Below are positions 1-12,900 of a stretch of DNA of 64,000 bases, one piece after another. The notes under the pieces are model-generated. The model was given only the letters and a program-made list of their open reading frames with translations, ran no database searches and was not told the origin of the DNA. The number at the start of each line of letters is the position of its first letter. Position 1 is the first letter of the stretch. Made by a program: the position numbers and the translations under genes. Source of the DNA: Mobula hypostoma (lineage: Eukaryota); NCBI RefSeq assembly GCF_963921235.1, contig NC_086115.1, positions 39,432,001-39,496,000 of the forward strand, in the 5' to 3' direction.

Positions 1-382
1 TGCTTCTGTAACAGTTGTGAATTAAGGATTCACGGACAGAGGAAAAGTAATGATGAACTGTAGTGAAGTCAGGTGAATTAGAGAAAAATACTGGAAAAGT
101 ACAAAAAAATTGCAGCTGAAAGCACATAATGTAAAAGCAGAAATGTTTGAGTTTCTTAAAATATAAAATTTACCAATAATTTCCACATTCAGCAATGTTG
201 TTTCCCAGTTTTGATGATACACTTCCTAGAAGAGAAGTTGATTGGTTTCTGTGGTGAATTTAATTACCAATCAGGATGTTCTTAAGAATAAAGTGCATGT
301 TAAGGTTGAGAAGTTCTGGAAATTCACTACCCATGTCACCCCTCTTCTTTGCTGAGGATGCCGACTGATTTAAACAGCATAG

Positions 383-830
383 TCAAAATACAGGAGGAAC
401 TCAACAGGTCAGACAACATCTTTGGAAGGAAATGAACAGTTGTTGTAGGCCAAGGCCATTCATCTGGTCTGGAGAGATCTGGTCTACTGTCCTTTCCTAT
501 CAGATTCCTTCTTCTTTAGCCATCGCCTCTTCTACCTATCACATCCCAGGTTCTCACTTCATCCCTTTCCCCACTCCCCCACATTTCTTCCTTCTCCCCC
601 TCACCTGGATGCATCTATTATCTACCAATTCCTGCTAGTGCCATACCCCAACCATTTTATTCTGGCTTCTACCTTTTTTTCTTTCAGTACTACTTAAGAG
701 TCTTGTCTCGCAATATTGACTGTTCATTTCTTTCCACAGATGCTGCCTGACTTGTTGAGTTCCTCTAGTGTTTTGTGCATGTTGCTCCAGATTTCCAGTA
801 TCTTCAGAATCTCTTCTGTCTTTATTAGGC
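383..830. mobile_element. Degenerate Penelope-like (PLE) 3' fragment with inverted terminal arm
   Basis: 383-480 (caaaatacaggaggaactcaacaggtcagacaacatc) is an inverted copy of 715-790 (agatgctgcctgacttgttgagttcctc); between them is the pyrimidine-rich PLE 3' region seen elsewhere in the window. Confidence 0.7.
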
Positions 831-1203
831 TGATTCAAACATTATTTATGACCCGTGATAATGACCATGTATCTTATTTAGACCGATGCTAGCTCATGAA
901 CTGTTGTCAATGTTGTCTTCCCAGCAACTTTGGGGATCTAGGCTATCTGCCAATCCTATTGTCCTTCCTCACTATTCTCACCCTCCTCTTAAAAGAAACA
1001 TTAAGTAAATTTTCTAATGGATTCATCCTTCTTTCTTGAGGGTCTGAGATGGCTTTCTAGAGGGATTTCACCCGAGTTAGTCTTAGCTGTAGAATTTCAA
1101 CAAGAATGTTAGAGAAAATAAACCTTGCATTATATAATGCCTTCAGGACCACATGAAGACCCAAGGGAGTATTGTTGTAATGTTGGAAACTGGCAACTAA
1201 CTA

Positions 1204-3027
1204 GAGCAAGAGGATAAGATGTGAAATGAAGAGCAAGAGGATAAGATGTGAAATGAAGAGCAAGAGGACAAGACGTGAAAGAATAGGACCTATCAAGTGG
1301 TGACAGTGGGAAAGTGTGTATGGAACCGGAGGAAATAGCAGAGGTACTTAATGAATACTTTACTTCAGTATTCACTATGGAAAAGGATCTTGGTGATTGT
1401 AGTGCTGACTTGCAGCAGACTGAAAAGCTTGAGCATGTAGATATTAAGAAAGAGAATGTGCTGGAGCTTTTGAAAAGCATCAAGTTGGATAAGTCACCGG
1501 GACCGGATGAGATGTACCCCAGGCAACTGTGGGAGGCAAGGAAGGAGATTGCTGCGCCTCTAGCAATGACCTTTGCATCATCAATGGGGACAGGAGAGGT
1601 TCCGGAGGATTGTAGGGTTGTGGATGTTGTTCCCTTATTCAAAAAAGGGAGTAGAGATAGCCCAGGAAATTATAGACCAGTGAGTCTTACTTCAGTGGTT
1701 GGTAAGTTGATGGAGAAGATCCTGAGAGGCAGGATTTATGAACATTTGGAGAGGTATAATATGATTAAATATAGTCAGCATGGCTTTGTCAAGGGCAGGT
1801 TGTGCCTTACGAGCCTGATTGAGTTTTTTGAGGATGTGACTAAACACATTGATGAAGGAAGAGCAGTAGATATAGTGTATATGGATTGCAGCAAGCCATT
1901 TGATAAGGTACACCATGCAAGGCTTACTGAGAAAGTAAGGAGGCATGGGATCCAAGGGAACATTGCTTTGTGGCTCCAGAATTGGCTTGCCCACGGAAGG
2001 CAAAGAGTGGTTGTAGATGGGTCATATTCTGCATGGAAGTCCGTGACCAGTGGTGTGCCTCAGGGATCTGTTCTGGGACCCCTACTCTTCGTGATTTTTA
2101 TAAATGACCTGGATGAGGAAGTGGAGGGATGGGTTAGTAAGTTTTCTGATGACACAAAGGTTGGAGGTGTTGTGGATAGTGTGGAGGACTGTCAGAGGTT
2201 ACAGCGGGACATTGATAGGATGCAAAACTGGGCTGAGAAGTGGCAGATGGAGTTCAACCCAGATAAATGTGAAGTGGTTCATTTTGGTAGGTCAACTATG
2301 ATGGCAGAATATAGTATTAATGGTAAGACTCTTGGCAGTGTGGAGGATCAGAGGGATCTTGGGGTCCGAGTCCAAAGGACGCTCAAAGAAGCTGCGCAGG
2401 TTGACTCTGTGGTTAAGAAGGCATACGGTGTATTGACCTTCATCAATCGCGGAATAGAATTTAGGAGCCAAGAGGTAATGTTGCAGTTAAATAGGACCCT
2501 AGTCAGACCCCACTTGGAGTACTGTGCTCAGTTCTGGTCGCCTCACTACAGGAAGAATGTGGAACCCATAGAAAGGTGCAGAGGAGATTTTCAAGGATTG
2601 GATTGGGGAGCATCCCTTATGAAAACAAGTTGAGTGAACTTGGAGTGACGGAGGATAAGAGGTGACCTGATAGAGGTGTATAAGATGATGAGAGGCATTG
2701 ATCATGTGGATAGTCAGAGACTTTTACCCAGGGCTAAAATGGTTGCCACAAGAGGACAGAGGTTTAAGTTGCTGGGGAGTAGGTATAGAGGAGATGTCAG
2801 GGGTAGGTTTTTTACGCAGAGAGTGGTGAGTGCGTGGAATGGGCTGCCAGTAGCGGTGGTGGAGGCGGATACGATAGGGTCTTTTGAGAGACTTTTGGAT
2901 AGGTACATGGAACTTAGGAAAATAGAGGGCTATGGGTAAGCCTAATAATTTCTAAGGTAGGGACATGTTCGGCACAACTTTGTGGGCCGAAGGGCCTGTA
3001 TTGTGCTGTAGGTTTTCTATGTTTCTA
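1204..3027 (+). mobile_element. 5'-truncated CR1 LINE, RT domain through 3' end, inactive
   Basis: ORF 1314-2633 has KSPGPD, NYRPVSLTSVVGK, QHGFVKGR, GVPQGSVLGP and KFSDD (FADD mutated); frameshifted C-terminus; CR1 3' hairpin region and ttctatgtttcta tail. Confidence 0.97.
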
Positions 3028-3225
3028 ATTTTCCACTGCAATTTCCCACAAACAATAATATGAATGTGGTCAGCTTATTGCCCAGAAATTGGATGACAAA
3101 GCACTATTGAATTTCAATGCTTTAGGGTATAAATTATTTAAAAAAACATAGACATATTGACCTATAGCAAACTGACCTAGTCTAGGCAATTCACTACACC
3201 AATCTTAGTTAATTCAAAGCTTGAG

Positions 3226-3312
3226 CAACACACACAAAATGTAGGAGGAACTTTTGTATTTTGAGTGTGTTGCTCAAGATTTCCAGCATCTACAGAATAT
3301 CTTGTGTTTATA
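3226..3312. mobile_element. PLE mini fold-back insertion
   Basis: caacacacacaaaat...attttgagtgtgttg inverted arms plus PLE terminus; ttcaaagct repeated on both sides (probable TSD). Confidence 0.7.
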
Positions 3313-4114
3313 GTTCAAAGCTCGCACTTTATCATCTATATACAAATGTCAGCATAAAATATATTGACCCCAGACCAATAATTTAAGTCATGAATGCTAT
3401 TGTTTGCTTTGTACCAATACTCATTAAGACCACCACTCCAATTTATAATTCTGAAATAGGGGAACTCCCATTGGTCAAACAATTAATCCACCTTTTCTCT
3501 GCTCCTGGCAAGGGGACTTCTGCGATTGTTAGTCTCCAGAGTTGTCATTGCTTTGTATCCAAAGCCCCTCATTCAGGTCAAACTATTTTTTAATACTTTG
3601 TTGGCTCTGGCCTACCTAGCTAACATATATCGCCTTTTCATTCCAAGGCTGCATCATTTGATTGCCCTTTTCACACCTCTTTCTATGTCCAACCTGCATC
3701 AGACCAGTTTAGTCTGATCAGCAAGTTGCTAGCCTTCAGGTCACAGACACAGATTACTTTATTCATAAGCCTGCATATTCTGTCTTACCAAAGAATATCT
3801 CACAAACAACTTCTTATTCAAAAATGATCTTTATTTCAGCAGATTATCAGTAGGAACCTCATTGTATCTATTTTTAATTGCTTTGATCTAGTTACCTGTT
3901 GTGCAGTCGAACATGTCTCTCTCTCCGATGTAGCCAGCCATTTCAGATTTATATTTTATTTATTATTATTATCACCTAGTACTCACTGTTTATGAACTTG
4001 TGAATTTTGTCCATTTTCTGCCTTTTTTTAACTCGACAATCTTTCTCCCCTTGCAAAGAGGAAAAAAATGTGCTGTGCTTCAAGAGGTTTATTTTAAAAC
4101 TTACTTGTTGTGAC

Positions 4115-4323
4115 TGTTATGTTTTGTAACTCCAGAAAATAATCAAAAGAATGTGTGCGCTTTTTTTCTTTAGTGAGGTGTGCAGATATGACATGGTGGC
4201 ATGATGACGTAGGCCATTCACTTACTTTTACATAATGCATTATGTAAACAAACAAAGAATACTTAACAGTACAATATATTTACAATATTTCTCAAATATT
4301 ACTGAAATATTATGTACACAACA
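4115..4323 (-). mobile_element. Short solo LTR, same Gypsy family as the LTR at about 8826-9060
   Basis: TG...CA ends (tgttatg...cacaaca); reverse complement aligns with 8826-9060 (aatatttcagtaatatttgag...gttacaaaacataaca). Confidence 0.75.
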
Positions 4324-5309
4324 GATACCCCCTTGGGATGTACTCACTGAATAGAATTACCTGATGGCAATTCTCCTGAGATAACCCATCTCCAGCAAGG
4401 AGATAATAATTGGGGAAACAATAGGTTCCCCCCCCCCCTTACATCACCTATATTGATATTCAGCTGGTCACTGGGTGATTCCTACTCTGCACTTCACTTT
4501 GCTCTGCTTCCGAAACCAATACCAACCAGCCATACCCAAGTCTGCTGCAAGGTGCAAGGTTGCACAGAACAGACCAGCTGCTCCTGGAGTACAAGAGTGC
4601 TCTTCAGGAGCCTTTCCAGCCTAATTAAGCCATGGAACAGAATAACTTTCTTAATTTGAAAATGATTTTCTGCCTTAAAGTACCTAAACTAATGAAATGT
4701 ATAATAGAGGTAGCTTCATCAGCAACATCGTGAGGATTTCTCAGGAACCCAGAAGAATCATTCAATAGAATTAAGTGGCTTCATTATTACAGAAAAGTTG
4801 AGTGATTAAAAACTCCATTACTGATCTGGGAGTATTTTCCTCACCATTACCTAACTTCGTAAGGCTCAAACCCAGAACGATTTGAGCCAATGATCCTTTC
4901 TGCTACATCACCATATGCACTGGATAACCTACTATGGTGATGTCCTAAGTTGAGATGAATCTGTTATCAATGGGACCAGCAAGGTTAAGGTATGGAACTT
5001 TATGCTAATCCTTGATCTTGTCAGATCAGTATTGCCACATTAAACATTAAGATACAATCATTAATTTGTACAGAGAAATAATGGCCAGAAATGTTACAAG
5101 AATAAAGAATATTGATATTTCCAAATCTTTCAATCTTCACTGATGTCATGCCTTCAACCTTCCAAATGCAAGACAGTGAGTAGAATTGGACTGTGTTGGA
5201 ACTATCATATGTTAAAAGTCTAGAAGTGGAACAAATGAAGATACAGTACTGGCCCATTCGACTGAAACACTTTAGCTGTAGCCAAAGATCCAGCTAGGGT
5301 GTTCTTGCC

Positions 5310-6552
5310 TTCAATTCAGTCTAGAGAGGCTGGTCCTGGCTCATCTCCTACCCCGGTCAGATCAGCCCTCGATCCCCTGCAGTTTGCCAGGAGCACATTG
5401 GAGTCGATGATACTGTCCTCGACCTGCAGAACAAAGCCTACTCTCATTGGGATAAGCAGGGCAGCACTGTGAGGATCATGTTTTTTGATTTCTCAAGTGC
5501 CTTCATTACCAAACAGCTCATTGCTGGGGAAAAGGCTCTGTTCAATGCAGCTTGGCACTTCCTTTGTATCCTGGATAATGGATTACCTGACTGGCAGACC
5601 ACAGTTTGTGCTGCTTCAGAGCTGTGTGTCAGACATGGCTATAAGCAGCATTGGGGTCCCACAGGGGACTGTACTGGCTGTGTTCCTTTTTACCCTGAAT
5701 ACCTTAGACTTTAGATACATCACTGATTCATGTCATCTGGAGAAATTCTCTGATGTCTCAGCAAAAGTTGAGTGTATAAAGAGAAGCTGGGAGGATGAAT
5801 AGAGGGCCCTGGTAGAGGATGTGGTCAAATGGTGCAAGCTGAATCATCTGCAGCTGAGCACAAGTAAGCCAAAGGAGATGGTAATGGACTTTAGAAAGAC
5901 TAAGCCTGCACTACTACTTGTTTCTATTGATGGTGAGAATGTGGATGTAGCGAGGACCTACAAGTTACTGGGGGTGCACCTTGATGAAAGACTTGAGTGG
6001 AGCACCAACACAGAAGCTGTGTACAAAAAGGGCCAGAGTCACCTCTACTTCCTGAGGAGACTGAGGTGCTTTGGAGTACGTAGGCCTCTCCTTCACATGT
6101 TCTACCAGCCTGTTCTCGCCAGTACAATCTTCTATGTGGTGGTGTGCTGGGGCATTGGCATCAACATGGTGATGCCAACAGGCTCAATAAACTGATTAGA
6201 AAGACTGGCTGTGTTATAGGATTCAAACTGGACAAACTGGAGGCTGTGGTAGAACAAAGGACCCCACGGAAAATCCTGGCAATTCTGGACTTTTAGTTAT
6301 AGACTGAGACAACTGTTCTGCTCCAAACAGCACTATATGAGGTCATTCTTACCCTCAGCCATTAGGCTCTATAATGAATCAACCTATAGCTGGGGAAGTG
6401 ATGACCGCACCCCCCCCCCCCCCGTTAGATTGTTTGAGGTAATTTATTTTTCATTATTTCTACTTCTCTTCTAATATTTATCCTTTGCACGTATTATGCT
6501 ACTGTGACACTGTAATTTCTTTTGGGATCAATAAGGTATCCGTCTTTCTATC
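5310..6552 (+). mobile_element. Rex1/Babar-like LINE, RT to 3' end, decayed
   Basis: LDPLQFA, MRIMFFDFSSAF, GVPQGTVL, EKFSD, KPKEMVMDFRK, LYFLRRLR; aataa signal plus (ctat)n-like tail. Confidence 0.9.
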
Positions 6553-6924
6553 TATTTTTAAAGTGAACTTCAATGTCAAATCTCAAGATATGTGCTTTGG
6601 TATAATGACAGTGTGTACATTATCCTGCCTTTCCAGTTGCTTTGACTCTGTGGGTGACTTTTTGGTTGCCTTCATGCCTCGATCTCTATGCCATTGTTGC
6701 CTAATCTGATTTCTAAACAAAATTGGTTTGAAGTTTCTGGTCCCAGCGAAGGCTCTGCTTCCCCCTGGTGGTGTGAAGAATTCTACCTCTGAAGGAATAA
6801 AGGCTACTGACACAAAAGGAGTCAGTGAGTAATCGATTGCAGTCAAGCTAGTGGAAGGCAGCTCCTTTCCAGTCAAACTACAGCTCAGGAACTGAATGGG
6901 CTGGCTGGTAGGCAGAGGGTCAGA

Positions 6925-7705
6925 GAGTTTGAAATAGACTGTCTGGTTGAATGGTGTCGCAACAGCAAGTCTCAGCAAAACCAAGGAATTGATTATGGAC
7001 TTCGGCAGTGAGAACACACAGTAGTCTCCTTACAGTGTCAGCTGTGGAAAGGCTGAGCAGCTTTAATTCCTGAGCGTCTACTCCTCCGAGGATCTGTCAT
7101 GGGCCTAATACCTTGATGCAATCGTGAAAAAGGCATACCGGTTGCTCAACTTCAGTAGGAGTTTGAAGAAATTTGGAATGTCACCAAAGGCTCCAGCAAA
7201 TTTCTATAGATGCACAGTAGAGAACATTCTTACGGGTTGAACCATAGCCTGATATGGAGGCTCCAAAGCACAGGATTGCAAGAGGCTTCAGAGATTTGTA
7301 GACTCGGCTCTCAGCCAGCTCCCATCATGTGCAAAACCCTTCCCATCACTGAGGACTTCTTAAAGAGGTGGAGCCTCAGAAAAGCGGTAGCCATCATTGA
7401 GGACCCTCACTATCCGGTACATGCCCTTGTCTTGTTACTACCATCAAGGAGGAGACACAGGAGCCTGAAGATCCACATACAATGATTCAGAAACAGCTTC
7501 TTCCCCCCCCCCATCAGATTTAGAAATGGTCTATGAACCCATGAACGCTGCCTCATTATTCCTTTTAGTCTGTATGAATTATTTATGTGGTAATATATAG
7601 TAATTTTTTGCCTTTGCATTGTACTACTGCCGTAGAACAACAAACATCATCTTATATAGGACAGTGATAATAAACCCAATTTTTGTTTTGAAATTTGATT
7701 CTGAG
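6925..7705 (+). mobile_element. Rex1/Babar-like LINE 3' fragment
   Basis: EIDCLVEWCRN, KTKELIMDF, EDPHYPVHALVLLLPSRRR-type C-terminus; gataataaa and gattctga tail. Confidence 0.85.
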
Positions 7706-8254
7706 TCTGGAGGAAATGACTGTGGGTGTCACCAGGAGCTGAGATGCCAATGTCCTGAGAGTAGAGTGCATTTAAAAGCTTTGCAGTGTAAGGTGAATTC
7801 TACCAGGGACAGACAGGCAATGCACCGTCCTCCACCCAGGTTGCTGAACTTCTATCAAAACTCCTGAACCAACACAGAGGATCTGCTCCAGCTTGGCCAC
7901 TGTCTTCATACTGATGACAACAGAGTGCCTCTAGTTCTCAGAATCTTCTCTTGGGTGATAGCTAGCTGAGCTCTGATTGAAGCAGCCTATGATCTTGCTG
8001 AGGCAGGAAGAATTTGGATGACTGATGCCTTTGTCTCAACAAAAGCAAAGCCTTGCTCTGCCTGTGGAAATGTTAATGCTCCTGGCATTGAGTTTTATAC
8101 TGCTTCCAAACTGTATGAAGTTCTTCAGAAGCTCTGAGGAGCTCTTTGAAGTTTTGCATTCAGGAAATGCACCAAGCAGTTATAGAAGCACACGTAATAG
8201 TCTTCTCATGCATTCTCCCCTGCTGTAGCTCTTATATAGATGATGTTGCCATAG

Positions 8255-8525
8255 ATGGCTGCACAGTAGTGTAGCGGTTAGTACAATGCTTTACAGTACA
8301 GACGACCCGGGTTCAATTCCCACCACTGCTTGTAAGGAGTTTTCACATTCTCCCCATGACCATGTGGGTTTCCTCCAGTAGTCTGGTATCCTCCCATAGT
8401 CCAAAGACGTACCTGTTGGTAGGATAATTGTTCATTGTAAATTGTCCGGTGATTAGGTTAGGGATTGCTGGATGGTGCAGCTCAAAGGGCCAGTAGGACC
8501 TATTTGCACTGTATCTCAATAAGTA
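8255..8525 (+). mobile_element. tRNA-derived V-type (HE1-like) SINE
   Basis: A box (cacagtagtgtagcgg), B box (gggttcaattcc), V-domain-like gtgggtttcctcc...ctcccatagtccaaagacgtac, aataa tail. Confidence 0.85.
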
Positions 8526-8825
8526 AGGAAATTTCATGAGAGTGCAATGATAGAAACAGTAAAAGGGGCAATGGTAATGCTGAGGAGGTGAGCCCAACAC
8601 AAATGCAAGTGCACATAAACAACACAGACATTGATACAAAGGAAAGATGTATAAATAAAGGTTCTATAGATAATTGTATTCCTCCACTGTCCTAACATGG
8701 CTTCTGAAACTCTAGGAGCCTCAAGGAGAGGACACTGTCCTCCAGCTTTGCAAGTCTTTAGGATTGTAAGGATTTCCCTTCATCTTACTGGGCCAAGTAC
8801 TGAATTACTGTTGAATAAGTATTAT

Positions 8826-10455
8826 AGTGTATTTAATAATTCAGTAATATTTGAGTAACATTGTAAATATATTGTTTGATTTAGTATTCTATGTTTACAT
8901 AATTCATTATGGGTTATACGTAAGAAGTACATGAATAGCATACGTCATTTCACCACTACATCATACGTGTGCACCTCCCTAAAGTAAAACAAAATAGACA
9001 AAAAATCCCAGCTTCTGTGTTTCTTCTTTCAGTTAGTTTCTGCAGTTACAAAACAGAACAGTGGAAATCGATAAGTCTAAAAATAAACCTGAGATAACTA
9101 GCAACACACAAAAAAAATGCTTGTGACTCGGCCTGAAACGTCGACTGTACCTTTTCCTACAGATGCTGCCTGGCCTGCTGCATTCACCAGCATTTTTTGT
9201 GTGTGTTGCTTGAATTTCCAGCATCTGCAGATTTCCTCGTGTCTAAGATAACTATCCACCTGTTGAAATGCAGCACACTTTTCTTTAGCAGTGGAGAGTG
9301 ATGTCGGAGTTTTAAAAAAGGCAGAAAATGGCCAAAATTAACAAGCAATGACTATGGGTTCATAAACAGTGAGTACCAGGTGATAATATTAATAAATAAA
9401 AATAAGCATAAGTGGCTGGCTACATCAGAAAGATAAATTCATCTGATTGCACAACAGATAACTAGATGTTATATATCAAACAAACTGAGCAGTATTTTGA
9501 AGCAAATGAAATAGCCAAAGAAAAACATACAGTTAGATGCAAAAGCTTACAGCTTGCTTAGATATTTAACTGCTCCAACCAAACCAGCTGAAATGAGCTT
9601 TGCTGATATCATGTAATGCAGGAATATTTAGAATTGAAAGCATTGTTGATTGCAGAATGATTTAAGTTTCATAAGTGGAATCAAAGCGAATGAGAATCCA
9701 TTTCATCTTATGTAGCTGAATTGAAGAAATTATCTGAGCTTTGTCAATTTTAGTGATGGGCTTAATGATGCACTGAGTGATCATTTAGTTTGCGGAATCT
9801 TACAAGGAATGATTTGGAAACGGCTCCGAACTGAAACACAACTCACATTTAAAAGAGCGGTTGAAATCACTGTATCAATGGAAACAATGACCAAAGATGC
9901 AATTAAGTTGCAGTCAGAAATGAAAGTGAGCATGAACAAAATTTCAATGTCTAAATAGAAACGTGCCTGGCTGAACAGATTATGTTAGCATGTGGCAGGG
10001 GCTCATATACACCAGGCCAATGCAGGTTTAAAAGCAAAACTACCAGAAAATGCAACAAAAGACACATACAAAGAGAATGTCAGGCAGACAAAAATAAATG
10101 GAAAGCACAGGGAAGGGAAAAAAAAGTTACATTTTCAAAAAAGAAACTAATCTGCATGCTGTCCATGAAAAATCTGATAATGATAAGAGTGACACAGGAA
10201 TGGTGGCCTTGAGATTTAAAATGCAAAAATGAACAGGAGGCAATCAATGAGACTTGAACCAGAGGTGAACAGCAAATTAATTAAAATAGAATTGGACACT
10301 GGCTCGGCTGCTTCAGTCATTCCTACAGATGGAGATAGAAGAAGAACCCAAACTGTTTCTCACCATTAACACTCATAAAGGGCTTTATCATTATAACAGG
10401 CTTATTTTTGGAGTGAGGAGGCTTTCCAAAAAACAAAGGAGGTGGCTCATGGACC
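8826..10455 (+). mobile_element. Gypsy LTR retrotransposon remnant: 5' LTR, gag with zinc knuckle, protease
   Basis: LTR ends caaaacagaaca at 9060; decayed gag (EQYFEANEIA, KRAVEITVSMET); knuckle CGRGSYTPGQC; protease IELDTGSAASVIP near 10285-10325; many stops. Confidence 0.9.
9101..9245. mobile_element. PLE mini fold-back insertion inside the Gypsy leader
   Basis: 9-bp TSD agataacta (9092-9100 and 9246-9254); 5' gcaacacacaaaaaaaatgc is an inverted copy of gcattttttgtgtgtgttgc. Confidence 0.85.
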
Positions 10456-10469
10456 TCTGGTTTCTCTCT

Positions 10470-12200
10470 CATTAATCTTGCTGACATTGAGTGAGAAGTT
10501 GTTGTAATGGCATCACTCAGCTAAATTTTCAATCTTCCTCCTGATTCATCACCAACTTTGATTCGGTCTATAACAGTGGTGTCATCAGCAAACTTAAATA
10601 TGGCATTGAAGCTGTGCTTAGCTTCGCAGATATAAGGATAAAGTGAGTAGAGCTGGAGGCTAAGCACACAACCTCGTGTGTACGTGTGCTGATGATGTGC
10701 TGATGAAGATTCTGGAGGAGATGTTGTTGCCAATCCGAACTGACTGGGGTCTGCAAGTGAAGAAATCGAGGATCCAGTTGTGCAAGATGGTATTGAGGCC
10801 AAGGTCTTGAAGCTTATTGATTAGCTTTGAGGGGATGATTGTATTGAGTGCTGAGCTGTAGGCATCCTGATGAATGGTTCTTTGTTGTCCAGATGTTCCA
10901 GGGCTGAGAGAAAAGCCAGTGATATGACATCCGCTGTGGATCTGTTGCTACCGGTAGGCAAATTGGAGCGGATTCAATTCGCCTTTCAGGCAGAATTTGA
11001 TATGTTTCATCGCCAACCTCTCAAAACACTTTCTTACAGTGGACGTAAGTGCTAATGGATGATAGTCATTGAGGCAGATTACCATGTTCTTCTTAGGAAC
11101 TGGTATATTTGAAGCCTGTTTGAAGCAGTTGGGTACTTAAGACTGCCAAAGGGAGAGGTTTAAGATTTCCGTGAACACTCCAGCCAGTTGATCATCACAG
11201 ATCTTCAGTACTTAACCAGGTGCACCTTCTGGGCTGGGTGCTTTCCGTTGGTTTACCTTTCTAAAGGATGCTCTCACATCAACTATGGAGACTGAAATCA
11301 GGACTTTGTAAGTTTGTGAAGGTGCCTCCATGTTTTGATGGTCAAAGCAAGCATAAAAGGCACTGGGCTCACTTGGGAGTGAAAACGTTACCATCGATGT
11401 TGCTTGTTTTCACTTTGTAGGAGGTGATAACATTCAAGCCCTCCACAGCTATTGAGCATCCTTCAGTGATTTATGTTTGGTCCAGAATTGTCACTTTGCA
11501 GAGATGGCTTTCTGGAGGTCGTACCTATACCTTTTGTATCTTACTTGGTCACCACACCTGAATGCCACTGATCTGGCCCTCAGTAGATTGTGGATATCTT
11601 GGTTCATCTGGGGCTTTCGATTGGGGAAGACTGAATGATTTTGTGGGGACACACTAGTCTCCGACTATTTTTATAAAGTCCGTGACAACCGTGGTGTATT
11701 CATTCAGATCCTCCGATGACTCCGTGAACACAACCCAGTCCACTAACTCAGAGCAATACTGTAGTCACTCCTCTTCCTCCTTCGTCCACCCCTTTGTTGT
11801 CTTTATACCTAGAGTCTTGCTCTTTAGCCTCTGCCTGTAGGCAGGTAACAGGATGACAACCAGGTGATCAGGTTTCCTGAAATGTGGTCTAGGGATTGAG
11901 AGGTAGACATTCCTAATCATAGTATAACAGTGGTTGAGCGTGTTGGGACCCATTGTGCTATTGGTGATATGTTGATAATAACTGGGCAGAGATTACTTCA
12001 AACCGGCCTGATTGAAGTCCCTGACAATGTTTTGAAAGGCATGGAGATAGGCTGTTTCTTGTTTGCGAATCACAGCACTCAATACCTACAGCTTGCCTAA
12101 CATCAGCCTTTGGAGGTATGTAAACGGTGGTCAGAGTCACGGAGGAGAACTCCCTTGGTAAGTAGAACAGGCGACACTTAATAATTAGTTGTGGAGTCAA
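10470..12200 (-). mobile_element. Rex1/Babar-like LINE, endonuclease/RT fragments with internal deletion
   Basis: Minus strand FKFADDTTVIDRIKVGDES, KVNQRKAPSPEG, PHFRKPDHLVVILLPAYRQRLK, FYLPREFSSVTLTTVYIPP. Confidence 0.9.
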
Positions 12201-12204
12201 TATT

Positions 12205-12362
12205 GTAGCGCACATACGGTAAGGAACAAGTAGGCAGTGGGCAGAAACCCATGTGGTCACAGGGAGAATGTGCAATCTTCACGTAGACAGCAGTCAAGGT
12301 CAGCATGGAACAAGGAACTGTGAACCTGTTTGACAGCGGTACTCACCACTGTGCCAGCACTC
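12205..12362 (-). mobile_element. V-type SINE 5' fragment
   Basis: Reverse complement gives a tRNA-like head followed by gcacattctccctgtgaccacatgggtttc. Confidence 0.65.
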
Positions 12363-12775
12363 TGCCAGCTGTACTGTGTTGTCACATGTGAAAGCAATCC
12401 TTTCTTGCAAGTATTAATCGAAAATTTTTGATATAATCATTTCCAAGGCCCTTTTCTGCTGGTTGGTGCTGAATTTCTAGTTTTGTTTGGTGCTACTCTG
12501 TGGTCTGTCTCTGCCTCACTTTCACGCCCATTCCACAAGCCGCAGTTTACCATTAAGACTTCCTTCTGATGTTGCTTTAACAGATGATGAATTCTGAATA
12601 GGTATTACCTGTTTCTCTACTCCATGCCTTTTGAAAATAAAGTATCAAGAGGACTTTCTGTAGCCCTGGTTTCAACTTCATTATTTCCGAGTACCTTTGT
12701 TTACACATTTTTTTCTCCTGTCAAAGATGGTAACTAATGCCCTGAAGCTTCAAACCACCTATTTGGTCTATGATC

Positions 12776-12900
12776 ATAAACACAAGAGATTCTGCAGATG
12801 TTGAAAATCTTGCGCAACACACACAAAATGCTGGAAGAATTCAGCAAGTCAGGCAGCATTTATGAAGGGCATACTGACTTCCTCCACTTTGTGTGTGTTT
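12776..12900. mobile_element. PLE mini fold-back insertion
   Basis: aaacacaagagattctgcagatg...acacacacaaaatgctgg terminus with inverted tttgtgtgtgtt end. Confidence 0.7.

Noticed and set aside
1204-1285. Short direct repeats as a possible CRISPR array
   Set aside because: The units are contiguous with no spacers and the DNA is eukaryotic.
6583-7017. 144-aa minus-strand ORF
   Set aside because: Its start is antisense to a Rex fragment and the remainder matches no protein I recognise.
8270-8335. tRNA-like sequences (also at about 44025, 58350-58411 and 63170-63240)
   Set aside because: These are SINE heads followed by SINE bodies, not tRNA genes.
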